In this document: piece after piece, positions 37,860-48,739 of the stretch
Layout of the letters: each line of letters starts with the position of its first letter
Numbering within the stretch: the first letter of the stretch is position 1
Origin: a virus
Strand: one strand, 5' to 3'
Virus record (IMG/VR): IMGVR_UViG_3300017782_004332
Span: 1-64,000 of that record
Length of the DNA stretch: 64,000 bases
Notes under the pieces: generated by a model
The model's database searches: none
Seen by the model: only the letters and a program-made list of their open reading frames with translations
Told to the model about the DNA's origin: nothing
Made by a program: the position numbers and the translations under genes

Positions 37860-38429
37860 ATGAATAGAATAGAACATAAAACAAAAGACGGCGATAGTAT
37901 TGTAATTTTTGACGATTTGTTTGATTACTCTACTAGAATGCTTTGGTTTCAGGCTATCTATAATAGTAGTTTAACATTTGGAATTTCGTATGACAGTCAA
38001 TTGTCAGATATGAAAAGTGTTAGCGGGTTAGGTAATCATTGGCCCAAATACGAATGGGACAATTACGGACTAGATAGACACAAAAATTGGCCTGAAGTAC
38101 AAAAAGAATTGGGTGATAGACAATGGAAAAGAACATGGTTGAATGTTGCTACAGGTAAAGAACTGTTTAGATTTCATGCAGATCATAATTTAAATAATGC
38201 AAAAAGTATTTTGTATTATCCAAATCTTAAATGGGACACTGATTGGGATGGTCAAACATTGTTTAAAAGTCGAGATGGAAAAACTTACGAATACTGTATA
38301 GATTATGTTCCAGGAAGACTTGTGGTATTTGACAGCATTATACCACATAAAGCCACTCATGCTAATCACGAGGCACCCGGCCTTAGAATGATTATTAATG
38401 CTGTATTTTACAAAGAAGAGAAAAAGTAA
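37860..38429 (+). CDS. 2OG-Fe(II) oxygenase
   Basis: FHAD, W..DWDGQT, PGRLVVFDSIIPH, R; start moved to ATG 37860 after AGGAG. Confidence 0.8.
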   Translation: MNRIEHKTKDGDSIVIFDDLFDYSTRMLWFQAIYNSSLTFGISYDSQLSDMKSVSGLGNHWPKYEWDNYGLDRHKNWPEVQKELGDRQWKRTWLNVATGKELFRFHADHNLNNAKSILYYPNLKWDTDWDGQTLFKSRDGKTYEYCIDYVPGRLVVFDSIIPHKATHANHEAPGLRMIINAVFYKEEKK

Positions 38430-38447
38430 CTTTACGAAAGGACTAAA

Positions 38448-38654
38448 ATGACATATAACAGACAAGCAATGATTGAAGCAATGATTAAACATGCTGAAGG
38501 TCATATCGCAAAACACAAAATGAACGTCGAAGTATATTTGGAAAGAGCCGCAGGTGTTGGTGAACATCCAGACATTTTGGAAGCAGTTGAAAAAGAATTG
38601 AACATTGTAGCAGAATATGATGATCAAATTGAAATGCTCAAAAAATATTTTTAA
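38448..38654 (+). CDS. Conserved marine phage hypothetical protein
   Basis: GVGEHPDI..E motif. Confidence 0.7.
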   Translation: MTYNRQAMIEAMIKHAEGHIAKHKMNVEVYLERAAGVGEHPDILEAVEKELNIVAEYDDQIEMLKKYF

Positions 38655-38692
38655 CTTGACAATCTGTATAAAGATGCTATTATAATAGACAT

Positions 38693-38769
38693 CTGCTCGT
38701 AGTTCAGCCGGATAGAACATCAGTTTGCGGAACTGGAGGTCGGAGGTTCGAGTCCTCCCGAGCAGGCCA
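38693..38769 (+). tRNA. tRNA-Arg(GCG)
   Basis: Acceptor ctgctcg/cgagcag, anticodon arm tcagt-TT GCG GA-actgg, TTCG T-loop, CCA encoded; TTGACA promoter at 38656. Confidence 0.9.
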
Positions 38770-38778
38770 AAAAATATT

Positions 38779-39003
38779 ATGACAGAATTTACAAAAGGAA
38801 TTGGAACCATATTTAAAACAAGTAGCCTAGCACTTGCAATAGTATATACATTTGGTCATATATTAATTGCTATGACTGTTATTAGTGTTATGACAGATGC
38901 TAGTCTATTTGAAGCAGGCACAGTAGCATTAGTAGAACCTGCGATTAACGGTGTTTGGTTTTATGTACTACATAAAATATGGTTCATTTATAACAACAAA
39001 TAG
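38779..39003 (+). CDS. DUF2061-like small membrane protein
   Basis: ALVEPAINGVWFYVLHKIW; real start is after the tRNA. Confidence 0.7.
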   Translation: MTEFTKGIGTIFKTSSLALAIVYTFGHILIAMTVISVMTDASLFEAGTVALVEPAINGVWFYVLHKIWFIYNNK

Positions 39004-39077
39004 GTCCCTTCGTCTATCGGTTAGGACAGCGGTTTTTCATACCGCAAAGAGGAGTTCGATTCTCCTAGGGACTACCA
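39003..39077 (+). tRNA. tRNA-Glu(TTC)
   Basis: ggtccct/agggact; gcggt-TT TTC AT-accgc; CCA. Confidence 0.92.
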
Positions 39078-39142
39078 AATATTTGAGTCAGAAAGACTTG
39101 ACAACAAACATATTATGAATATATAATATTATACATCAAGAC

Positions 39143-39194
39143 GCTACAAAGGTTTTGTTGTAACTTGCTTAACAAAGGAGAAGAAACGTTTATG
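39143..39194 (+). promoter_or_regulatory. ROSE-like RNA thermometer leader of groES
   Basis: CTTGCTT-aaca-AAGGAG, near-identical to the hsp20 leader. Confidence 0.7.
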
Positions 39195-39485
39195 AAAGTA
39201 AATCCAATTAGAGATAGAATACTAGTAAAACCTATCGACGCAGAAACAAAAACTGCATCTGGTCTAGTTATACCCGATACTGCAACTGAAAAACCAAACC
39301 GAGGTATGGTTGTTGCATTAGGAACCGGTAAGGTTGCTGAAAACGGAACTATTGTTCCAATGGTTTTAAAACAAGGCGATACCGTACTATACGGAAAGTT
39401 CGCAGGTAATGAAGTAAAAATTGACGGTGATAACCATCTTGTATTAAATGAAGATGATGTTATGGCTGTTGTAGAAGGAGTATAA
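39192..39485 (+). CDS. groES: Co-chaperonin GroES
   Basis: PIRDRILV, KTASGLVIPDTA.EKP, GKFAG.EV; start at ATG 39192. Confidence 0.95.
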   Translation: MKVNPIRDRILVKPIDAETKTASGLVIPDTATEKPNRGMVVALGTGKVAENGTIVPMVLKQGDTVLYGKFAGNEVKIDGDNHLVLNEDDVMAVVEGV

Positions 39486-41111
<1,626 letters not shown>

Positions 41112-41129
41112 TCAAAGCATTACCGGATT

Positions 41130-41155
41130 AAGGGGGAGCAATCCCCCTTTTTTTG
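41130..41155 (+). terminator. Intrinsic terminator
   Basis: aaggggga-gcaa-tccccctttttt. Confidence 0.88.
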
Positions 41156-41220
41156 TGGCCGAATCAAGCAGTTATCTTATTAAATACTTTTGGCTAAATA
41201 ATAGTACATAAGGACATAAC

Positions 41221-42990
41221 ATGGCAGATAACTACATTACAAATTATAACGGTTCTATTACCGCATTAAGCGATAATATTGATGTTAACGGAAAATCAAT
41301 ACAAGGTGCTGAAGTAAACATCAGAACAAACGCTTCCAACGGTGACGTTAACATTGATGCTAACGGCACAGGTAATGTTGTACTTTCCGGATTGAAATTT
41401 CCCAATACTGATGGTAATCCCAATGATGTATTAATTACAGATAGTTTTGGAAATTTAAGTTTTGCTCCACCATCAGCAGGTGGTGCAAGTGGTAGTTATT
41501 ATTGGCAAGTTGCCGCAGATGATTCAACAGAAATTAGAGTCCTTTCAGATAACACAATTAAATTTATTGGTGGTACTGGGTTAACTTCTGCATCTGATGC
41601 ACAAGGTAATATTACATTTAATCAAGTATCAAATGACTTTTCATTAACAGGAGAAGCAACTGCTTCCGCTGTATCATATGATGGTACAGGTAACGTAGCG
41701 TTGTCAGTAACACTTGATCATAATGCATTAGATACTGAATACTTAAGATTAGACGGAACAACACAACCGGCAGGAGCATTGAACTTTAATGGACAAAATG
41801 TTACAAATGCTGGAGCAATTACAGCAACAAGTTTTACAGGACCACTTACAGGAAACACAACAGGGTATCACACAGGTGACGTAAAAGGTAGTGTTGTTGC
41901 AGATGACAGTACACTTATTGTCGATGCTGTAGGCGGCGGTGTTCCTTTTACAAGAATATTAAATAAACCAACCGATGTTGCAGGTTATGGAATTACAGAT
42001 GCACTTGCACTTTCAAGTTTAAGTGTTGGAGCAGATGCTTCAGCAAGTGGCAGTGGTGGAATTGCATTTAATGATGGAACAGGTGTTTTCACTTACACTC
42101 CACCAGACTTTACGCCTTATCTAACTGCTGAAACAGATACACTAGATAATGTAACTGGCAGAGGTGCTACAACAACAAACGATATTACAGTTGGAACAAT
42201 TACAACAACAGGTACTAATGCAATTACAACTGCTGATTTAACAATTTCCGGAACTACAATTAGAGGAACTACTTCAAATTCAAATATTGAAATTGATCCT
42301 TCTGGAACTGGTGTTGTAGATATTAAGTCTGGTATTACTATGCCAGATGCGTCTAACTTTACTATTGGTACAGGAAATACTATTGCAGGCGCAGGAGCCA
42401 ATGTATTAGATGTTGCTTCACAAACATTAACACTAAAAGCAAATACATTTACAGTTAAAAACTTTGCCGATGATAATACGTTGTTGAGTGCAAACAATGG
42501 TGGTAATGTTCACTTATACTATAACAATGTAGCAAAACTAAACACTAGTGCAGATGGTGTTGCTGTTACAGGTGAACTAGAAGTTTCAACAAATTTAAAT
42601 GTTACAGGAGACATAGGTAGTGCTAACCTAACAAATGGTAGAATTACTTTTGCTACAACAAATGGTGTTCTTACAGACAATCCAAAACTAACTTGGAATG
42701 GTGCAACACTTGATGTTAATGGTACAGTTGATGCAACTACTGTTGAGACAGAAGGATTAACGATTACACAAAACGATATTAGTGGTACACGTTCAAATGA
42801 AAACTTAACTATCGCCGCTAATGGTACAGGAAAAGTACAAATTGATGATCCTATGGTAGTTGGTGCAACACTAGAAACAACAATTGGTTCAGATGGCGCG
42901 GCGGCTGGATTGCCGGCGGCACCAGAACGATATTTAAAAATTAACGTTAATGGAGCAGATTATAAAATTCCATTATACTTAATATCATAG
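41221..42990 (+). CDS. Tail fiber-like virion protein
   Basis: ADDST modules shared with 18199..20868; NGTG repeats; YLKINVNG..KIPLY C-terminus. Confidence 0.72.
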   Translation: MADNYITNYNGSITALSDNIDVNGKSIQGAEVNIRTNASNGDVNIDANGTGNVVLSGLKFPNTDGNPNDVLITDSFGNLSFAPPSAGGASGSYYWQVAADDSTEIRVLSDNTIKFIGGTGLTSASDAQGNITFNQVSNDFSLTGEATASAVSYDGTGNVALSVTLDHNALDTEYLRLDGTTQPAGALNFNGQNVTNAGAITATSFTGPLTGNTTGYHTGDVKGSVVADDSTLIVDAVGGGVPFTRILNKPTDVAGYGITDALALSSLSVGADASASGSGGIAFNDGTGVFTYTPPDFTPYLTAETDTLDNVTGRGATTTNDITVGTITTTGTNAITTADLTISGTTIRGTTSNSNIEIDPSGTGVVDIKSGITMPDASNFTIGTGNTIAGAGANVLDVASQTLTLKANTFTVKNFADDNTLLSANNGGNVHLYYNNVAKLNTSADGVAVTGELEVSTNLNVTGDIGSANLTNGRITFATTNGVLTDNPKLTWNGATLDVNGTVDATTVETEGLTITQNDISGTRSNENLTIAANGTGKVQIDDPMVVGATLETTIGSDGAAAGLPAAPERYLKINVNGADYKIPLYLIS

Positions 42991-42998
42991 GATAGATA

Positions 42999-43463
42999 AT
43001 GACAGACTTTATACAAAATATTAATTTAAGTTGGGATAGCACAGAAACTAATCCTGTACTAGCAGGCGACCTTGACACGAATAACAATAACATCACAAGT
43101 TCAAATAATGCTAATATTAATATTGTTCCTAATGGAGCAGGTCAACTAATCCTTGATACTGTTAAAGTAGTAGGTAATACTATTAGTACAGTTAACGGAC
43201 AACCATTAACATTTAGTAATAACGTAACATTCTCAGGAACAGTAGAAACAGCAGGTGCAGGTACTCCTGTGCTAGAAAGTAGTACTGATATAGAACTTGA
43301 TGCAACTAATAGAGTTATTATTAAAAACTCACCTTTTAAATTAACTTCGTATACTACAACTGCAAGAAACGCTCTTTCAGCACAAAACGGTGATATGATT
43401 TATAATTCTACTACAAATAAGTTTCAAGGATATGCAAACGGTTCTTGGGTCGACTTACATTAA
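42999..43463 (+). CDS. Virion structural protein
   Basis: LAGDLDTN; GDMIYNSTTNKFQGY..W. Confidence 0.65.
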   Translation: MTDFIQNINLSWDSTETNPVLAGDLDTNNNNITSSNNANINIVPNGAGQLILDTVKVVGNTISTVNGQPLTFSNNVTFSGTVETAGAGTPVLESSTDIELDATNRVIIKNSPFKLTSYTTTARNALSAQNGDMIYNSTTNKFQGYANGSWVDLH

Positions 43464-43474
43464 GGTAGGATATA

Positions 43475-45538
43475 ATGGCTGATAACAGGTATTACGAATT
43501 AGCAACACACAACGAAGCACAATTTGATGAATTGTTTCTAGAGATAACAGGAACAGCATCAAGCCCAGATACAATTCCAGATAGAGCAGTTGAAAACACA
43601 GAATACTTTCAACATAGTCCTGTGCGTGGAGAATTTTTACTTACTGACGATGAAGCAGAAAATTTAAAAACAGATGCAAGAATAAAATACATTCAACTAT
43701 CACCAGACAAGTATCCTGATATTTTTAACGCAACTGAAGATGACCTTCGTGCAGACGTTACAGGTAATGAATATGAAAGATATAGTTTTTCTGTTAAGAA
43801 CTATCAGTTCTGGGCAAATAGTGGGGCGATATCAAGTGCATTTGGTACAGGCGCGGCAGATCTTAATCATGCATCAAATCAACTTTATAGAATGGGTCAA
43901 CAAAGAAACCCATGGATTGTAAGTGGTACTAGTAGTACAACTGCTATCTCAGATACTATTACACAACGAGGTGCAGGAGAAGATATAGATATTATTTGTG
44001 CTGATAACGGAACATGGATTGGCCATGTTGAATTTATTAATACAGGTGTTACTAATGCTGTTAATCCAGATGATTACACAGGCGGTAATGTTTTACCCGG
44101 CAACGGATATTGTGATGTATTAGATGTTATTTTAGATGGACCTTATTATATAGATCCAGATTGGTTTAACGCTGATGCGGCGACTAGATTAACCACACGT
44201 TGGGACGGAACAACAGTGCCTGTAGAAAGTGTTGCTAGAACATGGTGGGGAAACAGTTCTCAACGTTCTGCCGCATTTGCTAGTGCAGGAACAGTAACAA
44301 TAAGTTCATTTTACACAAGAGATGGTGTACATGGATCTAACACAACACATCCAACAGGTGCCGCGGCTACACACGGAACTCAGTGTGCAAGTTTGATATA
44401 CGGTCGTACACACGGTTGGGCATACAACGCAAACAAATGGCATTTAAATTTATACGGCGCTAGTAACGCAGGGTCAATTGAGCGTGGGTTTGATATTCAA
44501 AAGATTTTCCATGAAAACAAACCTAACAATTCAAGATACGGAACTAAAGATCCAACTATAAGTTCAAACAGTTGGGGATATAGAGCAGACAAGTCAGGAA
44601 CACATTATTATTTTCGTGATAGCGGAGCAGTAAGTTATCCTGGATCAGTTGACGAACCAGAATTTTTAAAGTATATGGGTATAGATGGAGATGGTGGTCG
44701 TTGGAAATCAGAATTTTATGATAATAGTTTAACTCAGGCTGGAGAAGAATTAGTAAACAGTGGAGTTATTTTTGTAGTGGCGGCTGGCAACAGTGGACAG
44801 ATGCAAGTTAATCCAAGCCATCCTAATTACGATAATAGAATTGCTAACAATAATACTGATAGTTTTTACAATACCACTTACAGTAGTTTTGGTTATAGTG
44901 TTACAGGGTCTACAAATAGAAGAGGTTTCCCACAACACATTGGTAAATCAGTAAGTCAAAGTTCACAAGGTGATACAGTAAACTTTCCTGCTATTAACGT
45001 AGGAGCACTAGATGATTCATTTCAAACTGGTCCATTAGAACGTAAAGTTAATTATAGTGATATGGGGAATGCTATTGACTTATACGCACCTGCAGACGGA
45101 ACACTTGCGGCGGCAGTAGGAACATATGGAACTGATGTTGCACGTCATGATGATACTTACACAGATCTATCAACAACAGATTGTCGTGATACACGCTTTA
45201 GTGGTACTTCAGCGGCATGTCCAGTTGCGGCAGGATTTTTAGCAACTATCTTACAATACAATAGAGGTTGGACTTATACTGATGTACGAAATTGGATTAC
45301 AACTAATGTTCAAGGTGTTGACAGCACCAACGAATTTTATGTAGGCACAGAAGATACTACAGCCGAAAGCGCCGGTTGGGCTGATCGCAACAAACCACAA
45401 AATAGTGCAGATGATGTACGAGTTCTTTATCTAGCACCTTTTACAATTTCAACACCCGACCCACAAACAAACCCTACTGTTTCAATTGGTAATGGATTAA
45501 CGTTCAGTAAAGGTCTAGTTCTTAAAAGACGTGTGTAG
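43475..45538 (+). CDS. Subtilisin-like serine peptidase (S8)
   Basis: D (ADNG), H (HGTQCAS), N (AAGNS), S (FSGTSAACP). Confidence 0.88.
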   Translation: MADNRYYELATHNEAQFDELFLEITGTASSPDTIPDRAVENTEYFQHSPVRGEFLLTDDEAENLKTDARIKYIQLSPDKYPDIFNATEDDLRADVTGNEYERYSFSVKNYQFWANSGAISSAFGTGAADLNHASNQLYRMGQQRNPWIVSGTSSTTAISDTITQRGAGEDIDIICADNGTWIGHVEFINTGVTNAVNPDDYTGGNVLPGNGYCDVLDVILDGPYYIDPDWFNADAATRLTTRWDGTTVPVESVARTWWGNSSQRSAAFASAGTVTISSFYTRDGVHGSNTTHPTGAAATHGTQCASLIYGRTHGWAYNANKWHLNLYGASNAGSIERGFDIQKIFHENKPNNSRYGTKDPTISSNSWGYRADKSGTHYYFRDSGAVSYPGSVDEPEFLKYMGIDGDGGRWKSEFYDNSLTQAGEELVNSGVIFVVAAGNSGQMQVNPSHPNYDNRIANNNTDSFYNTTYSSFGYSVTGSTNRRGFPQHIGKSVSQSSQGDTVNFPAINVGALDDSFQTGPLERKVNYSDMGNAIDLYAPADGTLAAAVGTYGTDVARHDDTYTDLSTTDCRDTRFSGTSAACPVAAGFLATILQYNRGWTYTDVRNWITTNVQGVDSTNEFYVGTEDTTAESAGWADRNKPQNSADDVRVLYLAPFTISTPDPQTNPTVSIGNGLTFSKGLVLKRRV

Positions 45539-45585
45539 TTTATAATAGTAGCATAAATACTTTTGAGCGAAACAGAGGGTATATT

Positions 45586-45864
45586 ATGGATTTTTTAACG
45601 TTTATCGGTGAAGTTGGTTTTCCTATAGCAGGAGCAATCGCCGCAGGCGTATTTGTTTTCACAACATTAAAATTTATTCTAGCAAGTGTAACAGGATCTG
45701 TACAAGGTCTTAAAAATATTATCAATGCACTAGACAATCGTGTGCAAACAATGAATAATGATCTAATTAAAATTGATGCCCTACTATCTCATGTAGTTGG
45801 GGTTAAACCTAACATAGAAAGATTAGCCGCGAACGAAGGCAAGGAAGATGCAAGGAGAGATTAA
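45586..45864 (+). CDS. Small membrane protein, GFPI family (paralog of 46246..46566)
   Basis: GFPIAG TM segment followed by LDNRV..MNND coiled coil. Confidence 0.7.
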   Translation: MDFLTFIGEVGFPIAGAIAAGVFVFTTLKFILASVTGSVQGLKNIINALDNRVQTMNNDLIKIDALLSHVVGVKPNIERLAANEGKEDARRD

Positions 45865-46047
45865 ATGATTTGGATGGACTACCTCGTAGAAAGTTTCCCA
45901 GACGGAAGTTTCACAGTTAAAGGTGATTGGCCACAAGAAGTAATGGGCAAACAAAAAGATGGTGCCGACAAAGGTTATGCATTATATAAACCAGGTGACA
46001 AGTTTGTTGTTGACAACAACGGTATTTTAAGGAAAGTAAACGCATGA
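45865..46047 (+). CDS. Small hypothetical protein
   Basis: AGGAG RBS; abutting ORF. Confidence 0.55.
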   Translation: MIWMDYLVESFPDGSFTVKGDWPQEVMGKQKDGADKGYALYKPGDKFVVDNNGILRKVNA

Positions 46048-46244
46048 AGAATTTTTATAGAACAGTAACAGGCCATAAACCAACTGACGATTTTTTGCAA
46101 AGACAAGGTATCTGGTACGATAGCGATATGATTAAATCAGTTCTTATTGGTTTAGCAATAGGAGTTGCACTTGGATTCATTTGGGGATTTGGTGTAGGTG
46201 CTCCAGACTTTAGTGGACTCGTATCCACAGGAATAACAGGATAG
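46044..46244 (+). CDS. Small TM protein
   Basis: Gly-rich hydrophobic helix. Confidence 0.55.
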   Translation: MKNFYRTVTGHKPTDDFLQRQGIWYDSDMIKSVLIGLAIGVALGFIWGFGVGAPDFSGLVSTGITG

Positions 46245-46245
46245 T

Positions 46246-46566
46246 ATGACATCAGAGTTAGCGGCGGCAATAAAAGACTTTGGCTTTCCTATTGTTGCGG
46301 CAATGGGTTTAGGTTACTTTGTCTACTATGTTTGGCAATGGGTAACACTACAAGTTAAACCTGTTCTAAGTGATGCTAGTGCAACACTTATTAAATTAGT
46401 AGATCGTATTCGTATGCTAGACAACGATATGATTAGACTAAACACAAAATTATCTATGATACTTGAATACTATCAGAAAAAAGGTATGGAACCTGATAAG
46501 GATCTAGAAAAAGTTATTACAAAATATCAATCTCAAAGTAATACACTTAAACAAGATAAAAAATAA
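46246..46566 (+). CDS. Small membrane protein, GFPI family
   Basis: GFPIVAA TM segment followed by LVDRI..LDND. Confidence 0.7.
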   Translation: MTSELAAAIKDFGFPIVAAMGLGYFVYYVWQWVTLQVKPVLSDASATLIKLVDRIRMLDNDMIRLNTKLSMILEYYQKKGMEPDKDLEKVITKYQSQSNTLKQDKK

Positions 46567-48612
46567 TTATTTGGTTGTTGCTATAAAGACGCCGTTCCAG
46601 TCTTTAGGTAAGTCTTGTGTTTTCTGATATTTACAACGTTCAATCCACATATCATAATAAGCATCCATTTGTCCATCAAATTGTCCTTTAAGGTCTTTAC
46701 ACATTTTAATAGCAATATCAAAACGTTGATCTTTATATTCTTTGTGCATATGATCGTGTAGTTCTTTTGCCTTAGCATGATCTTTTATAACAATATCTAA
46801 TACTGTCCATATACCTATTCCTACACTCTTGCCTTTAACAGCAAGATCATCTACTTTTAAGTAGAAGAAATCATTCTTAGTTGCTTTATAAGTTGTTTCA
46901 CCTACTAATAGCAAACATCCGTATTCTTTACACTTGCTTTCAATTCTTGCGGCTGTGCTGACGGCATCACCAAGTACATCGTAGGAGTGTCTTGCTGTCG
47001 ACCCCATTTCTCCAAGGTAACCAAGTCCGGAGTTAATACCCGCTCCCATACCGATGGCTGGCCTTCCTTCTGCTGTAATTTTTTCATTAAACTTCTCCAC
47101 TGCTCGTAGCATATTCAATCCAGTGCGGACTGCACTCTTAGGATGATCTGGATCATCAAGTGGTGCACCATGTACATGCATACTTGCATCTCCTATATAC
47201 TTAATTATCATTCCGTTTTCGTTTAAAACAGGTAAAGTAATAGCGTCCATATATGAGTTCATAAGTGTTGTCAATCCTTTTACATCATCTCCAAAACTTT
47301 CACCCAAAGGAGTAAAGCCTCTCAGATCACTGAAGCAGATTGAAATTTCTTTCTTCATGCCTTCTTTGATCAGTGCAGGATTTTCTTGTAGCATACGCAC
47401 AACTGTTGGTGATGCATATCCTGCGAACTGTTTCTTAATTGCTTGTTTTTCAAAGAACTCTTTGGAAAATCGATTGAACACAGAATGGAAACCAACAATA
47501 GTAGTTACTAGTACTATCCAACTCCAATCCCATAACTGTAGATGCCCTATAAACGCTGTATAAGCACCGTACACAGGCGCTATGATTACTGTAAGCATAG
47601 TAGTACCAACGACCCAGTAAGGCGCTTTAAACGCTATTATAATTAGAATAAGACCTATAATAGTAGCAGTTATATACTCTAAAAACGTAGCATAATCAAA
47701 ACGTACAATAGTATCCCCATTAATGATAGTTTGGAGACTTGTGCCTATAAGTTCGTGTGCATATCGTTCTCCGTTTGGAGTAGCAATAATACTGCCTATA
47801 CCTTCTGCTGTAGTTCCAATAATAACTGTTTTGCCTGCAAATTGTGTGTAATCTTGTTCTGTTATACTGTAGGTAGGAAACTGCTTGTTCCAACGTAGCC
47901 ATATCTGTCCATTTGCATCTGTTTTGATTGTGGCGTACTTTGGAATACGCATTGCAGTAATACCGCCTTCTTGCGTTTTAACTTGATAACTTGGATCTCC
48001 AACAGCAACTCTGATGGCTTCAATTGCTATAGCAGGATATGTTTCGTTGCCTACACGTACAATAAGTGGCATTCTACGTACAACCCCGTCTATCTCTGAA
48101 CCTGTGTTTAAAACTCCAACACCGTCTGCATTTAATCCTAATAATTCTATTGGTCCTAACATGCCAGGCCATTCAAACAACCATGGCATAGGATCGCCTA
48201 TCTTAGCAACACCTCGTGGTACAGAATTCTTGTTTGCATTTCGCGAACCTACTTGTCCTATGACTACAGCATTACCTACTAATGCTTGAGCAAGTTCCAT
48301 GTCACCACCAAGTCTATCTTCCTCTGAAAATAATATAGGCAGTACAATTACTCCTGCACCTGACTCACGTAACTTCCATATAACATCAGCGAGTACTGAA
48401 CGTTTCCAAGGCCATTGCCCATACTGCTCGATCGCTTTTTCGTCTATCTCAAGTATGGCGATATCTTCGCTAACAACTGGAGTATCGTATTGTTGAACAA
48501 CATCAAATGCTTTTAGTCTCAATAGTTGCTTAACATAAGGATCTGAAAATCCGTATATTGTAAGAAATGCTAAAGTAATCAGGGCGGTTGCCCAGTGGGT
48601 TACATATTTCAT
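46567..48612 (-). CDS. CHASE2-domain class III adenylate/guanylate cyclase
   Basis: IDE..YGQWPW.R CHASE2, three TM helices, FSDLRGFT, KYIGDA, GEMG..YDVLGDAVSTAARIE; start at 48612 or 48618. Confidence 0.92.
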   Translation of the reverse strand: MKYVTHWATALITLAFLTIYGFSDPYVKQLLRLKAFDVVQQYDTPVVSEDIAILEIDEKAIEQYGQWPWKRSVLADVIWKLRESGAGVIVLPILFSEEDRLGGDMELAQALVGNAVVIGQVGSRNANKNSVPRGVAKIGDPMPWLFEWPGMLGPIELLGLNADGVGVLNTGSEIDGVVRRMPLIVRVGNETYPAIAIEAIRVAVGDPSYQVKTQEGGITAMRIPKYATIKTDANGQIWLRWNKQFPTYSITEQDYTQFAGKTVIIGTTAEGIGSIIATPNGERYAHELIGTSLQTIINGDTIVRFDYATFLEYITATIIGLILIIIAFKAPYWVVGTTMLTVIIAPVYGAYTAFIGHLQLWDWSWIVLVTTIVGFHSVFNRFSKEFFEKQAIKKQFAGYASPTVVRMLQENPALIKEGMKKEISICFSDLRGFTPLGESFGDDVKGLTTLMNSYMDAITLPVLNENGMIIKYIGDASMHVHGAPLDDPDHPKSAVRTGLNMLRAVEKFNEKITAEGRPAIGMGAGINSGLGYLGEMGSTARHSYDVLGDAVSTAARIESKCKEYGCLLLVGETTYKATKNDFFYLKVDDLAVKGKSVGIGIWTVLDIVIKDHAKAKELHDHMHKEYKDQRFDIAIKMCKDLKGQFDGQMDAYYDMWIERCKYQKTQDLPKDWNGVFIATTK

Positions 48613-48631
48613 ACTCATATTTACCTAGTCA

Positions 48632-48682
48632 GACCGTCAAATTTCCAACATTCTTGTTGTACAAATTATTTCGACCGTCAAA
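48632..48682. repeat. GACCGTCAAA direct repeat in the divergent intergenic region
   Basis: Copies at 48632-48641 and 48673-48682. Confidence 0.7.
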
Positions 48683-48739
48683 ATTTTGTACCAGCATTAT
48701 TTGTGGGGTGGCGTTGGTAAATACGTATGGAGGGCAATA

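Noticed and set aside
38725-38778. N-terminal part of track ORF 38725..39003
   Set aside because: Lies within tRNA-Arg(GCG); the real start is 38779.
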